From Candidatus Nomurabacteria bacterium RIFCSPHIGHO2_12_FULL_42_19 (GTDB taxonomy: Bacteria > Patescibacteriota > Minisyncoccia > Phycocordibacterales > UBA9973): DNA of 64,000 bases. Both the position numbers and the translations under genes were made by a program. The stretch spans positions 11,062-75,061 of the forward strand of contig MFUM01000008.1 in NCBI GenBank assembly GCA_001786955.1, written 5' to 3'. Below the pieces are notes generated by a model. That model had not been told where the DNA came from. It saw only the letters and a list, made by a program, of their open reading frames with translations, and did not search any database. Positions 36,194-45,707 of the stretch are shown here, piece after piece. Every line of letters starts with the position of its first letter. Positions within the stretch are counted from its first letter, which is position 1.

Positions 36194-37849
36194 ATGAAAA
36201 CAGAAGCAAAAATCTGTGTTGATTGTAAAAAAGAATTCGAAATAAATTCGGGTGATTTGAATTTATACGAAAAAGTCGATATTGAATTGCCGACACTCTG
36301 TTTTTTTTGCCGAATAAAACTGCATTTATCTTTCTGGATGTTTGGAAAATTTCGTAAAGGTAAATCAGACCTCTCGGGGAAAAGTCTGATTACGGTTTTA
36401 CCGGAGATAAACAGGTATCCTATTTATACGCTTCACGAATGGCATAGTGATAAATGGGATGCTATGAATTTCGGGATAGATTATGATTCAAGCAGACCTT
36501 TTTTTGAGCAATTAAAAGAATTACAGGAAAAAGTTCCTCATCCGCATCAAAATGGCATAAAAAATACCGGATGCGATTGGTGCGATGATGTTTGGAATTC
36601 TAAAAATTGCTACCTTTCTCGTTCAATGGAAGAATGTGAAGATTTATACTATTCATATCGAAATGTTAAGGTGAAGAATTCTATAGATATGACCATCTGC
36701 TTTAACACAGAAAAATCTTATGATTCCGGTGATTGTCATAATTCATTCAGACTCTTTTATTCCAAGCATTCTCGTGATTGCATAGATTCACTTTTTTTAT
36801 ATGATTGCCGAAATTGCCAGAATTGTTTTATGTGCTGGAATTTACGCAATAAGTCATATTACATAGAGAATATTCAATACACAAAAGAAGCATACGAAGA
36901 AAAATTAAAATCATTTCAACTCGGTTCATATAAATTTATTCAATCTCTTAAAAAAAATTTTGAAGAAATAATCAAGAAAGAAGCAATTCATAGGGGAAAC
37001 TTCAACTTAAGAACATATAATTCAGACGGAGACTACTTATTGGATGTTAAAAACTGCCATAACTGTAATACCATTAGTGATTCGGAAGATTGTTGTAATT
37101 GCATTCGCGGGTTACATCAAAAATCCGACATTGATTCCGATGGTTGCTGGTATTCCGAAATGATAGGAAATTGTAGTTGTTGTATAGGGGGATATGCTCT
37201 TAAGTATTCTACTTGGTCCTCTTCGCGATATTCAGAGTATTTGGATTTGTGTATTGAGTGTGAATATTGCTTCGGCTGTATTGGATTAAAGAAAAAAAAG
37301 TATTGCATTTTAAATAAGCAATATAATAAAGAAGAATATGAGATTTTGAAAAATAAAATTATTTCTGACATGAGAAAAAGAGGGGAATACGGTCAATTTC
37401 TGCCCTATTCTATGAGCGCTGGTCCCTTCAACTTTTCTACCAGTTTTTTATATTTTCCGGAAACCAAAAAGGAAGATATTTTTAAACTCGGCGGTTATTG
37501 GGAAGATATAAGCGAAAATCAAATTGAAGGTATGCCGACGAACGAACTGCCCGACGATATAAAAGATGTTCCGGACACCATAATAAAAGAGGCTCTGATA
37601 TGCCCCGAAACAGGTTGGCGTTTCAATATTGCCCAAAATGAGCTTTCTTTCTATAAGGAAAACAATATTCCACTTCCGCGATATCATTTTGATGTACGAA
37701 CCAAAAATGCCCTGAAATACCTGACTGTCCTGGAATCTTACCCTTACAAATGTTTTTACTGCAAAAAGGATATAATGGCCTATTATCCGCCGGAATGGGG
37801 CTACCAAAAAATAGCCTGCGAGGAATGTTATAAACAGAATATCGCATAA
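36194..37849 (+). CDS. Cys-rich paralog 1 (551 aa; most divergent; N-terminal CxxC-x17-CxxC zinc-ribbon-like motif, Cys-rich central modules)
   Basis: Shares 'CRNCQNCFMCWNLRNKSYYIENIQYTKEAY' and 'CFGCIGLKKKKYCILNKQYNKEEYE...GEYGQFLP' blocks with the other five paralogs. No signal peptide. Confidence 0.6.
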   Translation: MKTEAKICVDCKKEFEINSGDLNLYEKVDIELPTLCFFCRIKLHLSFWMFGKFRKGKSDLSGKSLITVLPEINRYPIYTLHEWHSDKWDAMNFGIDYDSSRPFFEQLKELQEKVPHPHQNGIKNTGCDWCDDVWNSKNCYLSRSMEECEDLYYSYRNVKVKNSIDMTICFNTEKSYDSGDCHNSFRLFYSKHSRDCIDSLFLYDCRNCQNCFMCWNLRNKSYYIENIQYTKEAYEEKLKSFQLGSYKFIQSLKKNFEEIIKKEAIHRGNFNLRTYNSDGDYLLDVKNCHNCNTISDSEDCCNCIRGLHQKSDIDSDGCWYSEMIGNCSCCIGGYALKYSTWSSSRYSEYLDLCIECEYCFGCIGLKKKKYCILNKQYNKEEYEILKNKIISDMRKRGEYGQFLPYSMSAGPFNFSTSFLYFPETKKEDIFKLGGYWEDISENQIEGMPTNELPDDIKDVPDTIIKEALICPETGWRFNIAQNELSFYKENNIPLPRYHFDVRTKNALKYLTVLESYPYKCFYCKKDIMAYYPPEWGYQKIACEECYKQNIA

Positions 37850-37963
37850 CAGATTTTCACGGTCGCGATAAAGTGTTATATTTAAAAATGAATCAAGAAA
37901 CTAAACAATGCCAAAACCCCGAACCAGAGCGAAGCTCGGTACGGGGCAGGTTGTAAAAAAGAT

Positions 37964-39667
37964 ATGGAGTATAAATCACAAAATGTGGTGTGTCAGAACT
38001 GTAAAGGTAATTTTATAATAGAGCCGGAGGATTTTTATTTCTATGAAAAAATAAAAGTCCCTCCGCCAACCTGGTGCCCGGAATGCCGGCAGCTTCGCCG
38101 CTATGCCTGGCGTAATGAACGCACCCTATACAGAAGGAACTGCGATTTATGCGGCAAGAACACGGTAACGATTTATTCTCCAAATAAGCCGCACAAGATG
38201 TATTGCCAGCCCTGTTGGTGGGGCGACGGCTGGGATCCGGCTTCCTATGGCCGTGATTTTGATTTTTCTCGGCCTTTTTTCGATCAATTTGCCGAATTGC
38301 AATTGGATGTGCCCCGCATGGCGCTCCTGAGTAAAAACAGCGTAAATTCAGAATACACCAACCATTCAGGGGACAATAAGAATGTTTACCTTTCTTTTGC
38401 AGCTTGGTCAGCCGAAGACGTTCTTTATAGCACCTGGGTTATGAAGTCCCGTGATTGTATGGACTGCAGTTTTGTTTACGATAAAGGCGAACGGCTGTAT
38501 GAAATAATCGATTCCCGAACCTCTTACGAGTGCCAGTACGGGCTATTTTTAAAAGATTGTTCCTCTTGTTACTATTGCTATGATTGCCGCGGGTGCAACC
38601 ATTGTTTTATGTCTTCTAACTTGCGCAATAAAAGTTATGTTTTTAAAAACAAACAATACACTCGGGAGGAATATTTAAAAAAAATAAAAGAATACGAATT
38701 ATCTTCTTTCTCAGCGCGAGAAAAACTGCAAAAAGAATTCCAGGACTTGATTGAAAAGGGTTCCATTCACCGCTACATAATCAGCGAACGTAATGTGAAT
38801 TCTGTCGGTTCTCTGATTTTTGACTGCAAAAATGTGACTCAATCTTTTGAAGTGAACAATGGGGAAGACAGCAAGTATATCTACGGCGCTCTGGATTTGA
38901 AAGATTGTATGGATATATATCATGTTGGATGGGCCACTACCGCGCTTGATTACGAATGCCATGGCTGCACTCGGATTTATGATTGTAAATTCTGCCATCT
39001 TTGTTATGACGACAACGGCGTGTCGTATTCCGACAGTTGCCAAAACAGCCAGAACCTTTTTGGTTGCGTGAGTATAAAAAAGGGCGAATATATGATTTTC
39101 AATAAAAAATACTCAAAAACCAATTATCTAGCGCTTAAGGAAAAAATAATAGAGCATATGAGAAAAATAGGAGAGTATGGGGGATTTTTCCCGCCGGCAA
39201 TTTCCCCAGTCGGCTACAACGAAACACAGGGGGCACTCTATGCTCCAATGACAAAAGAAGAAGTTTTGGCCAAGGGCTGGAAATGGGAGGAAAACATTCT
39301 GGGCACTTTCGGCAAAGAAACTATATTTCTCTCCGACATACCGGACAAAATTGAGGATGTTCCCGATAGTTTCTTGAAAGAAGTATTTTCCTGTATGGAA
39401 TGTTCCAAGAATTACAATATTACTCAAAATGAACTTCTTTTTTTGAAAAAAGAAAAAATTCCTTTACCCAGAAAGTGCCCGAATTGTCGTTACAAAAGAA
39501 GATTTAACCTCCGGCCTTTGCGAAAATTATGGCACCGGAGTTGTATGTGCGGTAAATCGGAGCACGGGCATTCGGCTAAATGCCCGAACGAATTTAAGAC
39601 CCCCTATGCCCCCGACCGGCCGGAAAAAGTGTATTGTGAGAGCTGCTACAACAAAGAAGTGTATTAA
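37964..39667 (+). CDS. Cys-rich paralog 2 (567 aa); double zinc-ribbon-like N-terminus and C-terminus
   Basis: N-term 'CQNCKGNFIIEPEDFYFYEKIKVPPPTWCPECR...CDLCGK...YCQPC'. C-term 'CMECSKNYNITQNELLFLKKEKIPLPRKCPNCR...CMCGKSEHGH..KCPNEFKTPYAPDRPEKVYCESCY'. Confidence 0.6.
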   Translation: MEYKSQNVVCQNCKGNFIIEPEDFYFYEKIKVPPPTWCPECRQLRRYAWRNERTLYRRNCDLCGKNTVTIYSPNKPHKMYCQPCWWGDGWDPASYGRDFDFSRPFFDQFAELQLDVPRMALLSKNSVNSEYTNHSGDNKNVYLSFAAWSAEDVLYSTWVMKSRDCMDCSFVYDKGERLYEIIDSRTSYECQYGLFLKDCSSCYYCYDCRGCNHCFMSSNLRNKSYVFKNKQYTREEYLKKIKEYELSSFSAREKLQKEFQDLIEKGSIHRYIISERNVNSVGSLIFDCKNVTQSFEVNNGEDSKYIYGALDLKDCMDIYHVGWATTALDYECHGCTRIYDCKFCHLCYDDNGVSYSDSCQNSQNLFGCVSIKKGEYMIFNKKYSKTNYLALKEKIIEHMRKIGEYGGFFPPAISPVGYNETQGALYAPMTKEEVLAKGWKWEENILGTFGKETIFLSDIPDKIEDVPDSFLKEVFSCMECSKNYNITQNELLFLKKEKIPLPRKCPNCRYKRRFNLRPLRKLWHRSCMCGKSEHGHSAKCPNEFKTPYAPDRPEKVYCESCYNKEVY

Positions 39668-39675
39668 ATATAAAG

Positions 39676-39708
39676 TATTCTAATATTCTATAGAATTATA
39701 GAATAGAT
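39676..39708. promoter_or_regulatory. Inverted copy of the near-palindromic element, upstream of Cys-rich paralog 3
   Basis: tattctaatattctatagaattatagaatagat is the reverse complement of the 36165-36193 element. Confidence 0.5.
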
Positions 39709-39712
39709 AATT

Positions 39713-41455
39713 ATGAAAAGCGAGACAAAAAACTGCCAAAATTGCAAAAAGGATTTCACGATAGAACCGGATGATTTTGGGTTTTATGAGAAAATAAAAG
39801 TTCCGCCGCCGACTTTTTGTCCGGAATGCCGGCTTATTCGTCGGCTTGTCTGGCGCAACGAGAGAATATTATATCGCCGGATTTGTAATCTTTGCAATAA
39901 GAATATCATTTCCATGTATCATGAATCTGTGCCTTTTCCTGTGTATTGTCGGGAGTGCTGGTATGGGGACGGCTGGGACCCCACCTCTTACGGACGGGAA
40001 TACGATATGGCAAGGCCGTTTTTTGAGCAATATAAAGAGTTTTCCAATACTGTCCCGAGGCTGATGTTTTGGCAAAGAAATGCGATTAACTCGGATTATT
40101 CAAATCATGTAGCAGAATCAAGGAATGCTTACATGTCTGCATCTGTGATAAAAGAGTCGGAGAATGTTTTTTATTCAAAAAATATAGATGATTCAAGGGA
40201 TATAGTAGACTGTTTAAATATAATAAACGGATCGGAGCAACTATATGAGACCGTAGAAGCGCAGGGGAATTACAACTCGCAATATCTTCTCCTTTGCCGG
40301 AACACCCTGGATTCGTATTATTCGTTTGATTGCATAAATTGCAGTAATTGTTTTCTTTCTTATAACCTGCGCAATAAAAAATTCTGTATTAGAAATAAAC
40401 AATATTCGCAAAAAGAATATTTTCAAGAACTGGAAAAATTTAACTTAAAAAGCAGAACTTCGCGCGAGGTTTTACTTAAAGAATTTGAAGAGGTTAAAAA
40501 ACAAGCCATCTTCCGCTTTGGCAATATAACCAAGTGTGTGAATGTTACGGGTAACAATATGCTGAATGTGAAAAACGGCAAAAATTGTTTTGAAATATAT
40601 AATATAGAAAATGCAAGTTATTGTTATAGAATTCTTGATTCTAAAGATTGTGTGGATACGAGTTTTAGTATGAAATCAGAGTTACTCTATGAATATAGCT
40701 CGGGTGGTATGAATGATTACAATGTAAAATTTTCCTATTCCGCCATGAATTTTGTCCGAAATGCGGATTATGCCGAGTCCTGTATGAATTGCAGCAATAT
40801 TTTCGGCTGTATCTCACTTCGCGATGCGGAAAATGCCATTTTAAACAAAGTTTATTCCAAAAAAGAATTTGAAACACTAAGGTCAGAAATCATCAAGCAA
40901 ATGAGCGCCTTGCCTTTCATAGATAAAGGCGGAAGAAAATACGAGTACGGGGAATTTTTTCCCATAGAAATCAGTCCATGGGCATATAATGAAACATCAG
41001 CACAAGAAATTGCTCCCCTAAGCAAAGAATCAGCCCAAAAAAGCGGCTATTCGTGGCGCGACGCAGATGAAAAAAATTTCAATATTACAATGTCGGGAAA
41101 TATGATACCGGACAATATAGACGAAGTAGGGGAGAGTATTCTGAAAGAAGTTTTGGGCTGCGCGCATGAAGGGAAATGCAACCATCAATGTAATATCGCT
41201 TTTCGTATAACCGATTACGAGTTTAAGTTTTACAAAAAACACGACATACCTTTGCCGATTTTTTGCCCGAATTGCCGTTATTATGAGAGATTTAAAGTGA
41301 TGCCAGGGCTAAAATTATATAAAAGAAATTGCATGTGCGACAAAGCCGGTCACGGGCACAATGAAAAATGCCCGAATGAATTTGAGACAAGTTATTCCCC
41401 CGACCGGCCGGAAAAAGTGTATTGCGAAAGTTGTTACAACAAAGAAGTTTACTGA
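39713..41455 (+). CDS. Cys-rich paralog 3 (580 aa)
   Basis: Same architecture as paralog 2; C-terminus '...FCPNCRYYERF...CMCDKAGHGHNEKCPNEFETSYSPDRPEKVYCESCYNKEVY' is nearly identical to the paralog 2 C-terminus. Confidence 0.6.
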   Translation: MKSETKNCQNCKKDFTIEPDDFGFYEKIKVPPPTFCPECRLIRRLVWRNERILYRRICNLCNKNIISMYHESVPFPVYCRECWYGDGWDPTSYGREYDMARPFFEQYKEFSNTVPRLMFWQRNAINSDYSNHVAESRNAYMSASVIKESENVFYSKNIDDSRDIVDCLNIINGSEQLYETVEAQGNYNSQYLLLCRNTLDSYYSFDCINCSNCFLSYNLRNKKFCIRNKQYSQKEYFQELEKFNLKSRTSREVLLKEFEEVKKQAIFRFGNITKCVNVTGNNMLNVKNGKNCFEIYNIENASYCYRILDSKDCVDTSFSMKSELLYEYSSGGMNDYNVKFSYSAMNFVRNADYAESCMNCSNIFGCISLRDAENAILNKVYSKKEFETLRSEIIKQMSALPFIDKGGRKYEYGEFFPIEISPWAYNETSAQEIAPLSKESAQKSGYSWRDADEKNFNITMSGNMIPDNIDEVGESILKEVLGCAHEGKCNHQCNIAFRITDYEFKFYKKHDIPLPIFCPNCRYYERFKVMPGLKLYKRNCMCDKAGHGHNEKCPNEFETSYSPDRPEKVYCESCYNKEVY

Positions 41456-41558
41456 AAACTCTTGAAAACAACTTTTTGCAGGGGTTTTGAGCTTGACGGA
41501 GCGAAAACTTCAGAATTTTTTAAGCTTCAAAAAATTCGTACCGGAAAAAAGTTTGTTT

Positions 41559-42071
41559 TCAGGGTTTTTTCCCAAAAGCTTCAAATAAAATTTTCTTTGT
41601 TTCCTCGTCAATATTTTCGCTGACAATAATCATCATTTCGGTTGTCAGGCCCAAATCTTTTTTTATATTTGTAAATAAATGCTCAAAAGGGTAAGGAGAA
41701 ATCCAGGCGGAATTTTTCAGGCAGACGAAGCCGGCTTTTTTCAAAAGGTAGCGTAGGGATTCGCGTTCACTTTTTCTGCTCTCCGGCAAGTCGAGCAAAA
41801 TAATTCTCCAGAATCCGTCCCAACTTACCGGCACCGGCATCTCCTCATTCACCAACGTAATGCTGTGCAACTTCGCCTTACCTTTTTGGGTAATGCGTAA
41901 AAATGGCTGGTTGTCGGAGTTCTGTATCTCCGCATATCCGCCTTCTACCAGGTTTTTTACTGATCGGGTAAGGGCATAGGATGTTTTAAGCTCTGCAGTC
42001 GGTATAGCCGGTTTTTGGCCCAAAACCTCCAATATTTTCTTTGTATATCCTGATTTACTTGACATACCCAT
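41559..42071 (-). CDS. PaaX-family-like transcriptional regulator (N-terminal winged HTH, PaaX_C-like C-terminal domain)
   Basis: 'WDGFWRIILLDLPESRKSERESLRYLLKKAGFVCLKNSAWISPYP' matches the PaaX C-domain pattern as I recall it. Confidence 0.45.
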   Translation of the reverse strand: MGMSSKSGYTKKILEVLGQKPAIPTAELKTSYALTRSVKNLVEGGYAEIQNSDNQPFLRITQKGKAKLHSITLVNEEMPVPVSWDGFWRIILLDLPESRKSERESLRYLLKKAGFVCLKNSAWISPYPFEHLFTNIKKDLGLTTEMMIIVSENIDEETKKILFEAFGKKP

Positions 42072-42122
42072 ATATTATAATATATATTACCTTTTGACAA
42101 GCATTCCGCGACCACGAAATAC

Positions 42123-42151
42123 TTGCTAAAAATAAATGATTGGTATATAAT
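42123..42151 (+). promoter_or_regulatory. Sigma-70-like promoter for dnaK (TTGCTA-17 nt-TATAAT)
   Basis: Near-consensus hexamers with 17-nt spacer ~125 nt upstream of dnaK. No CIRCE (TTAGCACTC-N9-GAGTGCTAA) was found. Confidence 0.35.
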
Positions 42152-42274
42152 GAGTTTACAAAATTATTTATAAGCATTGCTCGAAGAAAATCAAACTTTC
42201 CTGCGTTAGGTCATAAGGATAATGCTCTTGGAAAGTTTATTTTCTTCTCGCAATAATTAATTATTAAAAAATAT

Positions 42275-44179
42275 ATGTCAAAAATAATAGGTATAGATTT
42301 GGGGACAACAAATTCGGCAGTTGCTGTGATTGAAGGAGGTGCGCCGAAAATTATTGAAAACGTTGAAGGCAACCGCACGACGCCTTCCGTTGTCGCGACC
42401 GCAAAAAATGGCGACCGCATCGTCGGTCTTCTTGCCAAGAGGCAGGCGGTGACAAATCCGGAAAACACGATAGCTGAAATCAAGCGTCTTATGGGGCACC
42501 GCTTTGATGACGTGGAAGTGCAGAAAGATAAGGAAACGGCCGCATTTAAAATTGAAGCGGGAGACGGCGGCGGAACGAAAGTAAAAATGTCGGACAAGTT
42601 CTACCGGCCAGAAGAAATCTCCGCGATGATTTTACAGAAAATAAAAACCGATGTTGAAGCAAAACTGGGAGAAAAAATTACCGAAGCGGTTATTACCGTG
42701 CCGGCCTATTTCAATGATGCGCAGAGAAAAGCGACCAAAGATGCCGGGGCCATCGCCGGACTGGATGTAAAACGCATCATCAACGAGCCGACGGCTGCCG
42801 CGTTGGCTTACGGATTTAATAAAAAGAAAAATGAAAAGATAGTCGTCTACGACTTCGGCGGAGGAACTTTTGATGTATCGGTGCTGGAAATCGGCGATGA
42901 TGTCATTGAAGTCAAGTCCACCGACGGCGACAGCCATATGGGCGGGGGCGACATAGACAGAAAGATAATAGCTTACATTGCCGAAGAATATAAAAAAGAT
43001 TCCGGTATTGATGTAATCAAAGACCCTCTGGCGCACCAGAGATTGAAGGAAGCGGCCGAAAAAGCCAAACACGAGCTTTCAACTACGATTGAAACCGAAA
43101 TCAACATACCCTTTATTACCTCAGATAGCTCCGGGCCAAAGCATTTATTGATGAAAATGACCCGCGCGACTTTGGAGTCTCTCGCCAAAGACTTGATTGA
43201 CCGTTCCATTGAAATTACCAAGAGAGCCTTGGCTGCTTCGCCGTTCAAGATGAATGAAATTAATGAAATTATTATGGTCGGCGGGCAGACCCGCATGCCG
43301 ATGATTGTGGAAGCCGTCAAGAATCTTTTCGGCAAAGACCCGAATATGTCCATCAATCCGGACGAAGTCGTCGCCTTGGGCGCCGCGGTCCAAGCCGGAG
43401 TGCTTCAGGGCGACGTGCGCGATGTTTTACTGCTTGATGTCATACCGCTTTCTTTGGGGATAGAGACATTGGGAGGCGTGGCCACAAAATTAATTGAAAG
43501 AAACACAACTATTCCTTCAAGCAAATCCCAGACATTCTCAACTGCCGCCGATAACCAAACTTCTGTGGAAATACACATTGTCCAGGGAGAGCGCCCGATG
43601 GCCTCCGACAACAAATCTCTCGGGCGATTTATCCTGGACGGAATTCCACCGGCGCCTCGGGGCATGCCGCAGATTGAAGTTGCTTTTGATGTGGATGCGA
43701 ATGGAATTCTGAATGTGGCGGCCAAAGATAAGGCTTCCGGCAAAAGCCAGTCCATTAGGATAGAAGCAAGCTCCGGACTGAAAGAAGAAGATATAAAGAA
43801 AATGCAGGCGGATGCGGAACTGCATGCCGAGGAAGACAAGAAGAAAAAAGAAAATGCCGAAGTGAAAAATACCGCGGAGATGATTATTTATACTGCCGAG
43901 AAAGCGCTAAAAGATAATGAAGAGAAAATTCCTGCAGATGTAAAAGATGGCGTAAATGCCAAGATAACCGCCTTGCGGGGAGTGAAAGATGGTGCCGACG
44001 GAGAGGCCATTAAAAAAGCCACCGAAGAGCTTTCCGCCGAAATGTCCAAAATTGGCGAAGCGATGGCCAAGGCCGGCGCAACTCCTCAATCTCCCAAAAC
44101 TCCCGAAGAGCAAAATCCCGAAGTTCACGATGCAGAATTCAAGGAGAAAAAAGAAGGGGAGGAAGGCGAAGTAAAATAA
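42275..44179 (+). CDS. dnaK: Chaperone DnaK (Hsp70)
   Basis: '[14 protein letters not shown]', '[10 protein letters not shown]', 'VGGQTRMP'; substrate-binding domain; C-terminal acidic tail. Confidence 0.95.
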   Translation: MSKIIGIDLGTTNSAVAVIEGGAPKIIENVEGNRTTPSVVATAKNGDRIVGLLAKRQAVTNPENTIAEIKRLMGHRFDDVEVQKDKETAAFKIEAGDGGGTKVKMSDKFYRPEEISAMILQKIKTDVEAKLGEKITEAVITVPAYFNDAQRKATKDAGAIAGLDVKRIINEPTAAALAYGFNKKKNEKIVVYDFGGGTFDVSVLEIGDDVIEVKSTDGDSHMGGGDIDRKIIAYIAEEYKKDSGIDVIKDPLAHQRLKEAAEKAKHELSTTIETEINIPFITSDSSGPKHLLMKMTRATLESLAKDLIDRSIEITKRALAASPFKMNEINEIIMVGGQTRMPMIVEAVKNLFGKDPNMSINPDEVVALGAAVQAGVLQGDVRDVLLLDVIPLSLGIETLGGVATKLIERNTTIPSSKSQTFSTAADNQTSVEIHIVQGERPMASDNKSLGRFILDGIPPAPRGMPQIEVAFDVDANGILNVAAKDKASGKSQSIRIEASSGLKEEDIKKMQADAELHAEEDKKKKENAEVKNTAEMIIYTAEKALKDNEEKIPADVKDGVNAKITALRGVKDGADGEAIKKATEELSAEMSKIGEAMAKAGATPQSPKTPEEQNPEVHDAEFKEKKEGEEGEVK

Positions 44180-44976
44180 TGAAATTACCCCTAAATAATT
44201 TAAATTATCCAGTAAAAATTTCAATTGGAAATAGCTCTGGCTCTGGTTTTTTGATTAGTTATGAGAATAATATATACCTTGTTACAGCTAAACATGTTGT
44301 TTATCAGCAAGACAACATAACAAAAAATTATGTATTATTTGGCGATAAATTAAAAATTACTTGCTATACCTTCCTAGAGCAGTTATCACCACATATACCA
44401 AGAGTATATGAAATTGAAGTTACAAAAATTTTATTAGATAATAATTTAAAGTCTCATCCTACAGCAGATATTGTAGTTATAAAATTAGGGTCCAAAGACG
44501 ACAAATCAGTACTTAGTTTTGTGCCTGGTATTTCAGTAATACAAAATGCCGAAGGGGCACTTGTCCATTATTTAATGGATGGGTCAAGAAAATTTGATGA
44601 TTTAGAAATAACAAATGATGTATTCGTCTTAGGGTATCCAGTTTCCTTGAGTACTTCGGAAATGAAACAAATAAATTATGATGCACCCCTTGTACGTAAG
44701 GGAATAATAGCAGGTAAGAATTATGAAAATAAAACTATTGTGTTAGATTGCCCAGTATATGGTGGAAATAGTGGAGGCATGGTACTTGAAATGAATTCAG
44801 AAAAATCAAAAATACATTTGATTGGAGTAGTAGTACAATTTATTCCGTTTGTGGATCAATGGAGGAATGTTAGATTTCCAGAACTTTACAATTCGAATTT
44901 CCAAAATTCTGGCTATTCGATTGCCCTGCCAGTAGATTATATATACGATTTGATTAAAGAAATTGGAACAACTTAA
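44179..44976 (+). CDS. Trypsin-like serine protease (chymotrypsin fold), apparently intact triad
   Basis: His in 'LVTAKHVV', Asp in 'ADIVVIKL', Ser in 'GGNSGGMV'. Start overlaps the dnaK stop (ATGA). Confidence 0.55.
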   Translation: MKLPLNNLNYPVKISIGNSSGSGFLISYENNIYLVTAKHVVYQQDNITKNYVLFGDKLKITCYTFLEQLSPHIPRVYEIEVTKILLDNNLKSHPTADIVVIKLGSKDDKSVLSFVPGISVIQNAEGALVHYLMDGSRKFDDLEITNDVFVLGYPVSLSTSEMKQINYDAPLVRKGIIAGKNYENKTIVLDCPVYGGNSGGMVLEMNSEKSKIHLIGVVVQFIPFVDQWRNVRFPELYNSNFQNSGYSIALPVDYIYDLIKEIGTT

Positions 44977-44991
44977 ATAGGGCTTTTTGGT

Positions 44992-45666
44992 TTGGCTAAT
45001 TTTTGCTATAATTTAAAAATGAAATACTCTGCGGTGATTTTTGACTGGGACGGGACACTAGGAATGACGCTTCATATATGGCTGGAAGCATATAAAAGTG
45101 AACTAAAAAATCTAGGTATAGAACTATCAGACCAAACTATTATTGAGGATTTTTTCTATGAGCACAAAAAGACAGCAACAAAATATCCAAATATTGATTT
45201 CGATCCTTATATAGAAAAAGTCCGCAAATATATGATTAGTCATGCACCTTTAATGAAACTTTATTCCGGAGTGAATGAGACATTAGAGAAATTACAAACG
45301 AGAGGTATTGTTCTCGCTTTGGTTTCTTCAAGCCCCAGAAAATTACTTGAAGAAGTGCTTGAACTGACCGGGCTGTCGAAATTTTTCTCAGCCATTTCCG
45401 GGTTTGACGATATTATGAAACACAAACCTGACCCAGAACCTTTTTTGTATATTATGGAAATTGCAAAACTTGATCCGAAAACCACAATTATTTTAGGAGA
45501 TTCACCACACGACATCATTGCCGCAAAAGCAGCAGGCATAGATTCTTGTCTTTTCTTGCCTCCGGAAAATAAAATATTTTATGATTTCGATCAGCTTAAA
45601 AAGACAAACCCAAATTATTCCATTGAAACTCTGGAAGAATTTTTGGAGCTTATTTTAAATAGTTAA
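44992..45666 (+). CDS. HAD-superfamily hydrolase (phosphatase, subfamily IA-like)
   Basis: Motif I 'VIFDWDGTL', motif II 'LVSSS', motifs III/IV 'K...GDSPHDIIAAKAAG'. Confidence 0.7.
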   Translation: MANFCYNLKMKYSAVIFDWDGTLGMTLHIWLEAYKSELKNLGIELSDQTIIEDFFYEHKKTATKYPNIDFDPYIEKVRKYMISHAPLMKLYSGVNETLEKLQTRGIVLALVSSSPRKLLEEVLELTGLSKFFSAISGFDDIMKHKPDPEPFLYIMEIAKLDPKTTIILGDSPHDIIAAKAAGIDSCLFLPPENKIFYDFDQLKKTNPNYSIETLEEFLELILNS

Positions 45667-45707
45667 AAATACTGGCAAAAAAGACCATTTTATTGTAAAA
45701 TATTAAC

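Noticed and set aside
42211-44224. Minus-strand ORFs inside dnaK
   Set aside because: Shadow ORFs antisense to a canonical Hsp70 frame.
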